A DNA stretch of 64,000 nt from Tubiluchus corallicola (GCA_030141605.1 JAQGDQ010000228.1:124001-188000), one strand, 5' to 3'; numbered from the stretch's first letter, positions 49,300 to 62,884 are shown. Numbers and translations: made by a program. Notes: a model not told the origin generated them from the sequence alone.

Positions 49300-52107
49300 A
49301 TGAGTTTGAATAACAAAATGAAGTGCCAACAAAAACACGAGTTTTCAACCTTTACTTATATTAATGACCTAGTACAAACATTGGAAGCAGTTAACAACCA
49401 AATTCTATCACCACCTAGAACATCTGAGGAAGTGGCACAGAAGCTCGAAAAGCTATTGAAATCTCATAAGAGTATCTGCAATGTGTCATTAGATTTGCAA
49501 GAAGCGGTGACTTATGTTATGAGAGATGTTTTGTCAGAAATATGGGAAGATTTTTGCCATATACCTACTAGTCCATATTTAAGTAAAGATCAACATTTGG
49601 AATTATTACGGCGTACTGTGGTGCAGGTCATATCGTATTTCTTAGAGATATCTATATCATGCCTTTATGAAGCAGCACAGCTTGAAGAACAGCAACTTTT
49701 AAACAAAGAAGGAAAGTTGCTAACACAACTACAGACTGAGCTAAACAATATAATATGTGTAGATTCGATAGCAGCAGAAATTCTAAATTTTATGCGTGTT
49801 TCTAAAAAAGATACAAGTAACGGAAACTTCAAGCCAAAGCTGTTAAACAAAGGTGCACAAGGAAATCTTTTTTCCACAAAAACAAATGGCCTAGCAGAAT
49901 ATTTGGCTGTGGAAATTCCTGTCTCAGATGTGGATTTATTAGATAAAACAAAACAGTTACTTGAAAAAGACAATAGTTATGAAGCACCTAAAGACTTAAA
50001 AATGGTTAGCGGAGCTCCCAAAGAAGGTTTGCTTTCTGACATTGCCAATTTTCATGAAATTACAAATTTCCAAGATGCTCACATTTCAGAATTGTTATAT
50101 GAAGATATGTCACAAATTTCTCTTATAAACAATCATTTAATACATGATATTGATCACAAACATAGTGGCAAGAACAATCAGAGAGATGACTGCAGTGTGT
50201 GGTCTGAAAATGGCATAAATGATAGTACTATTCCTCCATTAATAATAGCTGGAACTGCTTATAATGATAAAGTTAACAGGATTTCTGATTCTAATGAAAA
50301 ATTAGATGAGGTCAAAAAGACATACACTAAAATACTCTCAAAAAAGCACCAGGAAAAAGCCATCCCTACAATAACTGAAAAGAATGAAATAGCAGTATCG
50401 CCTTACAATGTACGTGTGAGTGATCGCATTTGGCCATCAAATGTGTTGCTCAAACCTTGCGAAATGAAGTTTAATCCGCTAAAAGATGAAATTAGCGAAG
50501 TTTTGTCAAGAATGATAGATAGGAATTTGTTTACTCAACAAGAATTAAGTGGATTTTATGAGCGTATCATGAAAACAATGGCTGAAGATTATTTTAGCAT
50601 AAAAACTAATCTGCCTCTTGAAATTGCAGTAAGAAAGCAAACGAAACTTTCACGGTTTACAGTGTCACACGTAATCAAACGAAACCCCGAAATGTCTTTG
50701 CGAGTTGTGAACGAAAATCTTAAAGGTCATCAATCTAAGGCTGTAGACAAACCAACAAAACTTGCTGACTACAAGAATTATAAAAACTGGATCACTCTGC
50801 AGGATACTGATTACTTGGTAACCCTCCTGAATCCTGAATCATTTATTACCATGACTCCAGAGGAACAGGAGACTCTCAAAAAGAGGGAAGCATTAGCTGC
50901 TGAAGCCATTTTAAAAGAAGCACAAGGAGCACAACTGAAGCGCGTTTTGGAAGGAAAAAATCGAATATCTGTTGTTGAATCCAATGTTTTTCAATCCGGA
51001 CTTCGTTATTTTCCAATTGACGATAAAGAGGCTCCAAGTTATTCTGTTTTGACAATACCTGAACCAAACATTGCTATCACCCCAGAACTTCGAAAATTTT
51101 CTTTTTCACCACAACTTCAAAGGCAGTCTTTAAGAACGTCCATAAAAAACGTTGACAAAGCAGACCGGCTGTTGCCTGTAAAGGAAATTCCTTCGTCATC
51201 TGCAGAAAAAGTGGTTTCTACATTACCCGCAGTGAAAGTGGAAAAGTCGTCTTCTACGACTACAACCAATCTGAGAGTTGCAGGTCAGTTTTCATCTGAC
51301 TGCATTGATGAAGCCGTTCGGCCATTGTTAAACACAGATAAGCTGATTTACTCTCCACCAGGTACTACGTCATTGTCTGTCCAAAAACCTGGACAGTCTT
51401 CATTTCAAACCTGGACAGAACTGACACGTCATTTCACATCTGATGGTGCTAAAGAAATTGTAGAGAATGCAGAGAATCTAATTCATTCATCATCAACAAA
51501 AAAGTTAAAAAATGTTTGCTTGAGGGTGGAAGAAACTGAAACCTCAAAGAGAAAAACTCGTCTTTCACCTAATTTGGTTGACTTGCGTTATAGGCAGACC
51601 GGTCCTCCAACCGATGATTTCGTTAAATTTATCCAAGGTCAGTACAGTGACAAACATCAGAAGCAATTAGATGCTGTGTGGAGTAAGCTGAAAATGACAA
51701 CAAGCGATCGCGTAGAAATGATGGTTAAATACTGCCCAATGAACAGCAGGCCGAAGGCAACAGAAAAAGTTATCAAACTATGGGAAACCACAACTAGTTT
51801 AATACTGCAACGAGAGCATATATTAGAGCAATTAGAAGTTCTTGAGCGCACAGCTTCTGATCCTGTTAGGTTTTTCAGACGGGGATGGAGAGGCTTGGAT
51901 GAAGCTGCAATGCGTTCGAGAATTAATGCAGAATTATACAAACTCGAAGCTCAACTTTCTAAGTTATTAACATTCGCGAAGAATAGGTACAATGACATTA
52001 TTTGTTATAAAGGCAGATCGTATTTAGACAAAATGAAATGGGACAGAACTGAAATGTTATTTTGGCTTCAGGAGGAACGCCGAAAAAATATTATAGGCTA
52101 TATATAA
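49300..52107 (+). CDS. CCDC87: Coiled-coil domain-containing protein 87-like, single coding exon, 935 aa
   Basis: Uninterrupted 2808-nt ORF. The C-terminus QKQLDAVWSKLKM...RVEMMVKY...WE....LILQRE..L..LE.LERTASDPVRFF...YKGRSYLDKMKWDRTEMLFWLQEERR matches the conserved CCDC87 C-terminal domain as I recall it. A splice acceptor lies upstream at 49212-49213. Confidence 0.85.
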   Translation: MSLNNKMKCQQKHEFSTFTYINDLVQTLEAVNNQILSPPRTSEEVAQKLEKLLKSHKSICNVSLDLQEAVTYVMRDVLSEIWEDFCHIPTSPYLSKDQHLELLRRTVVQVISYFLEISISCLYEAAQLEEQQLLNKEGKLLTQLQTELNNIICVDSIAAEILNFMRVSKKDTSNGNFKPKLLNKGAQGNLFSTKTNGLAEYLAVEIPVSDVDLLDKTKQLLEKDNSYEAPKDLKMVSGAPKEGLLSDIANFHEITNFQDAHISELLYEDMSQISLINNHLIHDIDHKHSGKNNQRDDCSVWSENGINDSTIPPLIIAGTAYNDKVNRISDSNEKLDEVKKTYTKILSKKHQEKAIPTITEKNEIAVSPYNVRVSDRIWPSNVLLKPCEMKFNPLKDEISEVLSRMIDRNLFTQQELSGFYERIMKTMAEDYFSIKTNLPLEIAVRKQTKLSRFTVSHVIKRNPEMSLRVVNENLKGHQSKAVDKPTKLADYKNYKNWITLQDTDYLVTLLNPESFITMTPEEQETLKKREALAAEAILKEAQGAQLKRVLEGKNRISVVESNVFQSGLRYFPIDDKEAPSYSVLTIPEPNIAITPELRKFSFSPQLQRQSLRTSIKNVDKADRLLPVKEIPSSSAEKVVSTLPAVKVEKSSSTTTTNLRVAGQFSSDCIDEAVRPLLNTDKLIYSPPGTTSLSVQKPGQSSFQTWTELTRHFTSDGAKEIVENAENLIHSSSTKKLKNVCLRVEETETSKRKTRLSPNLVDLRYRQTGPPTDDFVKFIQGQYSDKHQKQLDAVWSKLKMTTSDRVEMMVKYCPMNSRPKATEKVIKLWETTTSLILQREHILEQLEVLERTASDPVRFFRRGWRGLDEAAMRSRINAELYKLEAQLSKLLTFAKNRYNDIICYKGRSYLDKMKWDRTEMLFWLQEERRKNIIGYI

Positions 52108-52464
52108 ATTTTGATTCAGATTTGCTGAAGAATGTAGTGAAAATACTAATGGCGTTGTTTTTGTGCTTATCTATATGGTATATAAAATCAATATTTACTA
52201 GCAAAATTCTCTCATAAAATTATAATGCGCATAAAAACGATATAAAACCAGGTGATCCTTGACTTTTGCATCGCTACTTGGTAATTAGTATGCTTGCAGA
52301 TTTGCAAATAAGGTGAAACTTTTCTCTATCCCTTTCTCTATCTCCCTTCTCTTGTCTCCATTCTCTCTCTCTCTTTCTGGCACTCTCTGTCACGCTCTCT
52401 ATTTCTCTCGTTCTCTCGCTCGCTCTCTTCCCTGCCCTTCCCCGTTTCTCCTTCTGTCCCTTTC

Positions 52465-52860
<396 letters not shown>

Positions 52861-54072
52861 TGCCTAAACTGTTCATTATTATTTATTTGTCACTGTTGCT
52901 GTCTGTTTATACTTTCCATACTTACAGCGGTCTTTGTGCATAATCGGTAGAAATTTGTATTTGCCAAAATAACTTCCAAGTGTGACCAGTCACTTGCCCT
53001 TGCTTTAATTGACATGCTTTACTTTTAGGCACACAGTATTTAATATGGATATGACCAGGATTTGCCCGTTTACATTTTTTAAAACTATTTTTGTTTGTTT
53101 GCCCATTTTAATGCGAATGAGTATTTTCTGTCATGTTTGTAAAAACTGTTAAGTGATGATGAACATACATATGTATAGTTTTTGTTACTCTGCTCACCCG
53201 TGATTGCACACGTACAATAATACTGCAGCAAAGTAATAGCGGCAGCAGAATAGCAAACGATTTATAGCAGTTGAATTCTTCTTCTGATAAGGTAGAATGC
53301 AGCCTGTTTGTGTTTGATGTAGTTATCAAAACTCGCCACCGAAATATTGCGCCGAGGTGAAATGATTTTGCGGGGAGAAACCGAGCATCAAACTGTTTCC
53401 CTAATTTTTACTTAATAGCTTGATCCTTGGCGAATTGAAACATAAAGTTGAAGAAATAACTGGAAAACGCCCTAACAATTTTCCCACTCGCTCGTATAAA
53501 CCTGTCAATAGGAAGTACCCGCGTATCACACAATGTGCCACTTACGGGCCATAATATTTCAATCTTTCTATGGAACTATTTAGTTAGAGAATCTGCACTG
53601 TGTTTATTGATTCCCTTTAGAGGGTTTCAGTTGAGAGAAGCTTAATAGAAGGAAGACTGTAAAGTTGGTAAGATTAGATGATTGATTCAATGTGTTTGCA
53701 CCAGCACTTAATAGCTTCATGTGCTGTGTAGGGCGGTACAAGGATTTATAGTGTTGTGTCTTGAGTTCTTTTCATCATTCAAGATACCTGTTGTATAGAG
53801 GAGTCAGGAACGTAGGGCAGACCTGTAAGAGCACGCTGTATCGTCCTGGCACTGCTAACATCGTTCTAAGAACTAAAAAATCTAATTTTAGTAACTTAGG
53901 TGCTACACTAGGCTGCTTGTACGTACGAAATTGCACTAGACTTTCATGCAGTTACAGAACATACTATTAAAAAACCTTACGGCTAAAAAGTCAAAGTCCA
54001 TTGAAAGATTTATACAACTGTTCTCACATTAAACGTTTGCATTTCGTTTTTACTTTGAAACTAATATTAAAC

Positions 54073-54290
54073 CTGGGTTGGGTATCCAAGTCGTTTAGTT
54101 TTCGGACAGCAACCATACAGCCTTGAGTTCGAGACTACTGGCTGCCAACACCAGGACATACACCCTACATCCTATTCTTTCTTCGAGTTGCGTCACTACC
54201 TGTATAGTTGCAAGTGTAAGTAGCCAAACAGCCGTTAGTGCTAATGTTGTCTGTTAAATTACCGACGGTAAATGAATTTTATCTTTGTCT
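54073..54290 (+). mobile_element. Possible decayed tRNA-derived SINE
   Basis: A-box-like tgggtatccaagtcg and B-box-like gagttcgagac at tRNA-like spacing; no complete cloverleaf; T-rich tail. Confidence 0.35.
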
Positions 54291-57200
54291 TTTTGAGGTA
54301 ATCGGCCTCTTCATCAGAGGCGAGGCGTTGCTCTTGCAACGCCACGAGGATTTCAATTATTATTTTAACGTATAAGAAATTGAAACGAAAACGCCGTGTC
54401 ATTTTCTGTTAATAAGGGCGAAGTGAATAACTGAGAGGTTGTGGAGTGCGCTTGGCTATAACAATTAAGCAGCACCGACCCTGTTTAGAAGCGGAATAAA
54501 AAAAACGAGAACACTGCGCACGTATGTGCTTGTATGAAATTTTATCTGTTATGCTGTCTTTGTAATTGAAAAACGACGTATGCACATCCGAAGATGAGAC
54601 ATGGTTACTGGTTTAGTGACGCACCTTAGAAAGAGGTGGTCCTCGAAAGTAAGTGTTTTCGCACAGTACTAAATTGTTTTTTAGTAACAAACGTTTTTTT
54701 GAATGCCGACTTCTTACTCCCAATAAAAATAGCATCTGGTAAACGTTACACTCACTTACGTAGGACTGGCATATGTTCTGTAGGCTATTAACAACGAAAC
54801 TTTAATTTCTGAGGTTTTTGGTACTAAATATTTAATATCTGTTTCTACCGCCCAGAGGTTTCATTGCGGTACTTGCAATTGTACCTTCACTACTTTCCGC
54901 TGTGGAATTTTAGTTCATTATTTTTTGCGAATAAGGTGAAAGGACAATTTATTTTCCGCGACTAACAAAATACCATTATAAAATTTATCCAAAACACTAA
55001 AATCTACACAATAGCAAACGAAATAAATAGTATTTCATTTGACTGCTAGACCTTGTGGATCCTGACAGAAGAGTGGAAAAGAATTACGCATATAAAAGAC
55101 CAGAAATGTTAGTGATTAGAGGGAAATTGAAGGGGAGAAACAGGCTGGATGGGTTAGTAGCACTAAAACTATCCTTTATCGTGGTATATTAAATTAGTGG
55201 TATACAGAAGTAAATTAAATCGTATGATAATTTTATGCTGATACGAATCTTTATGTATGTTAAAACCGGTTTAAGTATTCGAAAAATGGAAAAGCTTGTT
55301 TAGTAAGTTGTTCATAGAATGCTCTTTTGGTTAAGATCCTGGTAACGGCCCCAATGTCGTGCTTGTGGTTGTTCCAAAGTTATTATGATAGATGAAGAGG
55401 TCAAAGTCTCGAAGAGTGAAGTGCTCAACAAAACGTAGGGCAACAATGAAACTCAGAAGTGAGTTGTCAATTAAACTCAGAAGGGCGTTGTGTAGAAGTT
55501 ACAGTCAGACTTACTAGTTTGAATTTGATTCAGCCGTGGTTACATGCTGGACAAAGAACACGAGGACTGGTTGGTGTACCTGTCGTCGGTATATGTGGCA
55601 GTGGCTTTTCTTGCGCCAAATTCTTTTCAGGTTCGCTCTTCTGTGATAGCGACGTTGATGACTCTGGAGATCAATTATTTCATAAACTATGTGGTGAGAA
55701 TGGTGGAGAGCATACTTGAGTTTGTTGATGCTTGTACCGTTGTCGCATTTCTTCTTCTTCTGGCTTTGCAATGTTGGGTTGTGGTCCGACAGCAATTAAA
55801 ATACTGCTAGAGCTTTGCTTTCGAGTTTTGACTTTCATTCCAGTTTGTCTGAGTATGAATTTCAACTGGTCTTTTTAACGGTGAAAAAGGCATCCCTTTT
55901 GTATCTGCTAACGAAAAGACAATATTCATTTCTTTATTAAAATAAACGTTCTTTTCTTTATTTATTAGCATTCGTTCATTTTTTTTATTAGCAAAACATT
56001 TCAAGGCACTGTATGTCTCATCTTCAGTTGCTCAATGATTAGCTCATTATGCAAAGTGTTATGTTGAATAATACTAACATTAAAGTCAAAGAATTTTATT
56101 TATGATACAAACATTCGAAATTTGATATTTAATGGAAACGTTTTAGTGAATCGAGGAGACGCCAATGTTCAGTGTTGGTTTCTCCTCTCTGATAAGTAGA
56201 TATTGGCAAAACAAGAGACATCTGTGGCTCCACGAACCCATCAAAACTTTGAAATTTGAAGCATTACCTGGATCGCTTGACAATGCTTCCAAACAGCAGA
56301 GTATGGAGGGGCAGTCAGGGGTTAGTCTACCTGGGCGAGATGATTTGTTCTGTAACGCTAATTCTAACTGACCGAGTATTATTGAAATTGTTTATTACAT
56401 GAATCAAAATGGTACTGGACAAGTTTTATTTTAAGGCAAAAATCTGAGTTGTGAACAGAAACTTCTGATGTTGATGTTGAAACAGATGATGTTCTTAGTT
56501 ATAACTTTTATAGGGAAATATAGCCAGCAGGTCCATACACAGGTTTTAAAATTGGTTCAGTCACCGGATTAGGCAGGCTATTTTTTAAAGCGTCTAGCAT
56601 CCTTCGAGTATTTTTTCATTTCAAGGAACGCGTTCCTCTGTCATTTATAGGTTTATATGTACCAGTTGCAATGCCAGTCATATTGAACAGACAGAGAGAC
56701 ATATTAGTGTTTTTATCCAAACCAAACCTCCACATAAAAAAAGACTGGCGTCTTTTTCCCCAATGGGAAGTTAGGAAATTTCACCGATAAAGGTACGATA
56801 TAAGAACCTGGTGTAATTAGAACTAATAAAATCACTTTTTCAAGCTCCAATCGTACGCGTCTTGACGCGCTCATTTTGAACGAATAATGACGTTCATGTG
56901 GCCAATGAAAGAAGATGTTACGCATTGTCATCGCAACAAAGTAAAATAAATGTAATGAAAGCATAATAAAATAAGTATAATAAGTATAATAACAAGTAAA
57001 ATAAGTAAATATGTAAAAAAGTATGATATTTTTTTACAAAGGCTTAGATAGTTACAATTGTAATATTCAGCTGGATTCATTTGCTGGTAGATATCATTTT
57101 CCGTTGTATGTTTAAAAAAATCTTTGTGCGGGTGTCTTGTGCAGTGAAAACTAAATATTCAAAATTGCACATTAAAATGCATTGCAAGTTGTTAGTCTAC

Positions 57201-57499
57201 AAATTTTTTATTTATGAATATGCTACTGTCATGTTGGGCTTCAACAACAGCTATGACACATTAAGGTTTCAACGAATGCACCATTTCCGCAATAAAATAA
57301 TATGTGATAACATCACTTCAGTTCTCGCACAAACAATACGCACATATCTGTGGGAGCTGAATTCTAATTATTTGACGATGCCTGTTTAGTGAACTTCGAT
57401 AGTTCTGAAATGCAGTTTTTTATTGAAAAATAAAAGAAAAGGGCACGAAGAAATCGCATTTGTTTTGACGGTTAATTTTGCAATGAGTATCTTTTCTAA

Positions 57500-57886
57500 T
57501 ACACTGTGTTTAGTGTAATTAGTCTGCGTGAGATAATTTTCAACACGCACTATCAAAATTATTATATATTAGACTAATTTGCCACACGGACTAATTTCAT
57601 AGAATTTTTATCATTTTCATATGAAGTTCATTTTCAAATTCAAATGAAGGAACAATGTTTTGCTTTTAAATCAGAATCTTCTCTAGTGGACTCAGGCTCG
57701 GACAATCATTTGTTTCATGCGTTTAAGACCTAAGCTGCTGCGCAGCGCAACACGGACTATTTCCAAAAGCCAGACTAATTAAATATAGCAACAATACACA
57801 AAAAGTGCAATTTAAAATTAGTCTGTGTGAGACTATGTTTCTACACAGACTAATTATTCACACAGCCTAATCACACCAAAGAGTGT
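57500..57886. mobile_element. MITE-like inverted-repeat element about 500 bp upstream of the NK7 start
   Basis: tacactgtgtttagtgtaattagtctg is imperfectly inverted to cagcctaatcacaccaaagagtgta; repeated ttagtctg/cagactaa motifs inside. Confidence 0.5.
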
Positions 57887-58382
57887 AGCATTAAAACTGG
57901 CATTCTTTATGCGCCAGAGAATCTTTCAGCAAGAGAAGCCACCTTCTTGCTTTCACTCTTTTAATAGGAATTACTATAATAAAGCACGTCTCGCTTTATA
58001 GGCCTACAATTTATGATTACCGCGCGGCTGATAGCATTGCAAGTAGGAATCTAATAATGCGCTGAAGATTAATAACTGCTGTAAGGCAATGTGTTGATAA
58101 TATCGATATAGGCAGGCTTATCGGACGTGTATATGAGCTTTGCGTCAGTAATAAGGCTGCGAGTGTAATCAAAGCTAGCTATGTGCGCGGTGAACACGTT
58201 TGTTTAATGGTTATTAGCGAGGGGATACAGCGTGTCTGCGGCGCAGTGCTTAATTGCTGATATCTGCTGCTCAATCGTGCTATTGATTCGATCTGCGCTG
58301 CTTGTCACAATTAAGTGATTCGTTGAAGCAGCAGAGCTCTTAGTTTGCCTTGTGCCGCGAAGTTACTCGACGTGCCTCCACC

Positions 58383-61300
58383 ATGCAGCAGATAGACTTC
58401 TCGTTAAAAAACTCTTCAGTTTCCGTCCATGTATCTACCACTCATGACCTTAACGTCTTACTAAGCAACCGTCCACTGCACATGCCTCCTCCGAGGCCTA
58501 TACCTAGATACACTTGTGCTGGTACGTGGCATCCACATATATACGAAAAATCACCACGCGAACCAACGCCACACGGCATTGATGATATTCTTGGTAGGAT
58601 AGCAACGGGAAAGACTGAAGACGTTACGTCACCGATGGTAAATGGTCGTACTTCAGTGGATATATTGGCGTCGAGTGAAAGCAGCTGCGGTTCAGTGACA
58701 AATGCAGCATCTCAAGGTGAGTCATAATCAGTCATTACCTTTAGGTACTAAGCATGGTAAACCAGGGCTTTTCTGTGACACAGGAATTTGTATTTATTTT
58801 TTCATAAACATATTTTTTGTTATTATTTTTCACACATAATGTGGCCTTTGGTCAACATTAAAGCTGACGTAAAGACCTTAGGCAAGATACAAAATAAATT
58901 TCAAAAGATTCTGCTAAAAACAATGCATAACAAAATGTGACTGCATGATCAAAAAAATACAAGTCTGTTTCCTTACTCAAATCTACCAGTATTCTTAATG
59001 ACTATTTCGAAAAGTGTAATATTTTAGTAATAGTTTAATAAAGGACTACCATTTAAAAAAGAAGAATTAAAGATTGGGTGTCCAAATTGAACGCATTCAT
59101 TGGTAATACGTTATTTTGAAACATGGAGAAGGCCATTCGAGGATGAAAAGTACGACGGATTCAGTAACAGAACCACATAAACATTTTTTATCCGCAGTAT
59201 TGCCGTTTGTATTTCTCATTTCTTTTGTAGGCATTATAGCCCCTCTGCACTTTGGATAACTACTAGAGTAGACCTATAGAAAGTAAAAGTGTTTGTAATT
59301 CTTTGTTGCTTTTAAATTGCATTGTTTTTGTGTAGCCGAATCATTAAACATTCACTAGTTTTGCCGTTTGTTTATCACCCGAACGAGTTGTTCGTAACTA
59401 ATGGTTATTCTTTAAAGTTTGCAACTTTTTTAACTGCCTCTTTATAAAAACACAGTCTCGGACCCGCTGGTTTTGAAAATATTGCGGTTTTTTGAATACC
59501 ACGTGAACATATGTATGTACAGTACCTCGGCATATCTTGTCTGTTAACAATGAAAAAATATTCGTGCATTTTCTTTTTTAATTGATATTTTTTACCTGAA
59601 AACTTGACTTTTGGCCTGTATTACTGATACGTAAATACTGTGTCATCTAATTCTATAAGGGTCACATTTGGCTTAACAGATACGCTTTATGTCCTATAGA
59701 ATAAATGGACATCTAAAAGTGAAGCCATATATTCAATGCATAATCTAAAACATTTAATTTGCAAATATGAGATTATTTAATAAAATCAAAATTAATCATT
59801 ATTGCAGGCATATCAAATTTTGACATGGGAAAAGCGAATTAATTATTTACACCCGACAAAAAGCCAATTAGGACTTTTAGTCGATATAATATTATGACAC
59901 CAAATAGATTTGTAAATGTGATTTTCATACACTTTGATGAACTCACATAACATGATAAGTGTACCTATGCCCGCATCGTTAACTCTTGCCCTGTTTTAAT
60001 GTTGCTACAGTAACAAGCAATGAACGTTTAAACAACGTTACGCATGTGTACATTATTAAAGCAATATAATTGTCTACATTTATAATAATGCACCAGACAC
60101 ATGGGGCCTGATTACGTCTACTTTTATTGTTGTAGCGAAATTGATAAAACTATGATAGTATAATAATATAATATGTTAGTAAAATAAAGCTGTCACACGT
60201 CATTTTGCAATCCAAGAGTACGCGTTTTAATCCATTAGCTTCATAAACGACCGTCTGTTTATTTTTTGTATTTAATTTTATTTGCATCTTGTCCTATTTG
60301 TGTATTTGTAGATGATTCTTATAATTTATGTAAAAAATTGTCTTAAATACTTTAGGCATTTTTTTACGATATTTTAAATTTTTATTTTAGTACTATGTAC
60401 CTACTACTGGATGGATGACAGGCAGAGACCTGTTTCAGGATTTAGTTCCTTGCTGTCATCCATAGTTTTAGGTACAACCTGTGTCTTGCTCATGGCTATG
60501 TAAAAGTATCTTACTGTTAACTTTTTACTGATGTAGAAATGCACATATTTTTGTGCCCAATAAATAGTAAATAATAAAGAAACCAAATTAATTAAACCCA
60601 CGTGTTCCACAATACTAAATACGTGTTCCGAATTGTATATAGTGCAGTATACCTGAGTATACGTACATTAGTGTAGTCAAATAATGTAGGCCAGGCTGAT
60701 TTTTATATGTAAAAACGATAGATCTTAAAACCTAGTTAAAATCTGGTAAATGCGAGATGAGCAAGGGCGGTTTAATTTAGGACAGTCAAAGACACAAACG
60801 TTGATCCTTATAATGCACTTTATTGACGTGACTGCGGGTAGAACACTAAAACGCTGGCTATTAGGGGACTCATCTCACTGCTGTAATATGACTAAACCGT
60901 GTCAGCTGGCCTGGTGTCATGCCGTAATATTATCACCGTATAATAGCCTACTTAATTCCCACTTTATGGGGGTATTTAATAGAAATGCGACAGCCACTAT
61001 GATATGCGCTTTAATGGAAACGAAGAGTTGACGATCCGTCATTAGGGAACACAGAATTTATCAGCCTAATAGCTTTATAAATGCTTGCTGGCTTGTACGC
61101 CCATTGTCAACTAAAGTTAGAAGCGCCTGCATCTATAAAACACTAATTAGTCTTTTCTTTAATACTTGTTATTAGCTGGGAGATAATTTGTCATTTTTAT
61201 TGGTTTTCATGTGGCAAGGAACATTTGTTTCACCATTATAAAACCATAATGTTATGACTACTATTGCAAAAAAACATGACAAAATATGGACACCCTCTGT

Positions 61301-61765
61301 GAACAGAGCGTCAGAAATGTCCATTGCTTTGACATTTTCCCTATTCCAGGCTTGCAAAAGTTAGGTTTGAAACATAGGTCTAGTGTTTATTCCATGTAAC
61401 ATCCGTTGTGTACTGTACGGTATCTGCATACGAACATTAGCTGGCACAATTAAAGGATTAATATCGGACTAACATATAAGTAAAAATGTCAGTGAAGAAG
61501 CAATGTTGGGTTATCTAAATCTAATTAAAAGTTGTAATCTTGTTTCCTGTTTTATACAGACAGTTATTCTGGCTGTGGCGTGGAGAAAGAACATAAGCGA
61601 AAACATTCAGAGAAAGAAGATACTGAATCAAAGAAAAAGAAAGCGAGGACCACATTTACAGGGAGACAAATATTTGAACTTGAGAAACAGTTTGAACTGA
61701 AGAAGTATCTTTCGTCTACTGAACGTTCCAGCATGGCAAAACTTCTAAATGTTACCGAAACACAG
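58383..61765 (+). CDS. NK7: NK7 (NK7.1-like) homeobox transcription factor, 5' partial; helix-3 exon outside window
   Basis: Exon 58383-58716 contains [18 protein letters not shown] (eh1/TN motif region). Exon 61560-61765 encodes [45 protein letters not shown] and ends at the typical phase-0 intron before VKIWFQ. Phases are compatible (1/1). A possible 81-nt middle exon lies at 60391-60471. Confidence 0.88.
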
Positions 61766-62884
61766 GTAAAATGTCAATGAATACATATGACATATACATC
61801 AATCATGCATTTCAGTAATGCATGATTGATATCCTTAAAATAGAAAAGAAAAGCGCAGATTTGCTTTCTCAGCAATGTGATTGTGATTCATACTGTATAG
61901 CAAAGTGATTTCTGTACAATCATACAACATACAACTTATTTTGAAAACTACAACTTGTTTTGTTGGCTCAATTTGCTGAACATGTTTTATTGGGCCTAAA
62001 TTCTTTCAGGAAAAGGGAAGTTTGGGTGCTGTTCTATGCTGGAAGCCTTTCTGGGGGGGGGGTAATAATTGTGTGTTTTTCACAAACTCGATTTTAAAGC
62101 TCCACTTTGAACCGTTACAAAATGTTAGACATATGTAAGGTTGTAATCTCTCGTAAAAAGTGTTCGTCTTTCTGCTACTCAGACGCTTAAATGCCTGTCT
62201 GGTCTGATCCTGCAGGTATGCAGGAATTGGCTTTTTACGCTGCGCGCGTGCTGCGACGCACGTGTAAAATTGCAGCATCTTCTTCATCTTGTAACAGCAG
62301 CAGAGCTTCAGCCATTGAACAGGACGAATAAAGATGTACCTGGCGTAATGATGGGTAATTGCACGCTTCCTAATGACATCTAATTATCCCATCTACACCA
62401 CTCCTTAGCGGCAGTAAATTATTATAGTAAATCAGCAATTTGTGAGGCAATAGGGAGCCGCTAGCAAATGATAACTTATTTTTGCACTTTACTTGTACAT
62501 TTATAAATGTCGTATAGTATAGCAAAAGCATTTTGTATAATTAAGATCAACCCAAATTCCCATATCTAGACTAAAATTTGATGAAGTGCTATACAAAGAC
62601 AAAGTGTTAAATTATAGGCCTACAGGTTTTTGATTAATGTGAATACAATTTAAGCATTTATTAATTATTGGTTAACCATTTTTAATGAGCCGCAAGATAA
62701 TTATGCCAACTTTATTTTTCTACGTTATTTTTTAACTTTATTTTTATTTCTGCTTGTAGACATTTTGCTTTCAGCTATGAAAATACATCATGGTGCTAAA
62801 AGTAAAACTAATTAAGTGAACATTTGTACACTAATACAATTTGAATTACCAACAAAACTAAAAAGAGATTAATTAATTATTTAC

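Noticed and set aside
49665-51941. Minus-strand ORFs inside CCDC87 (and at 23461-23748 in SMC6, 640-1002 and 1785-2099 in the WD40 gene)
   Set aside because: Antisense shadows of real coding exons.
54073-54150. tRNA gene
   Set aside because: A/B-box-like motifs only; no acceptor stem or anticodon arm could be folded, so it is reported as a possible SINE.
58383-61765. NKX6 assignment from TPHGIDDIL
   Set aside because: The homeodomain lacks the NK6 signature ([26 protein letters not shown]) and fits NK7.
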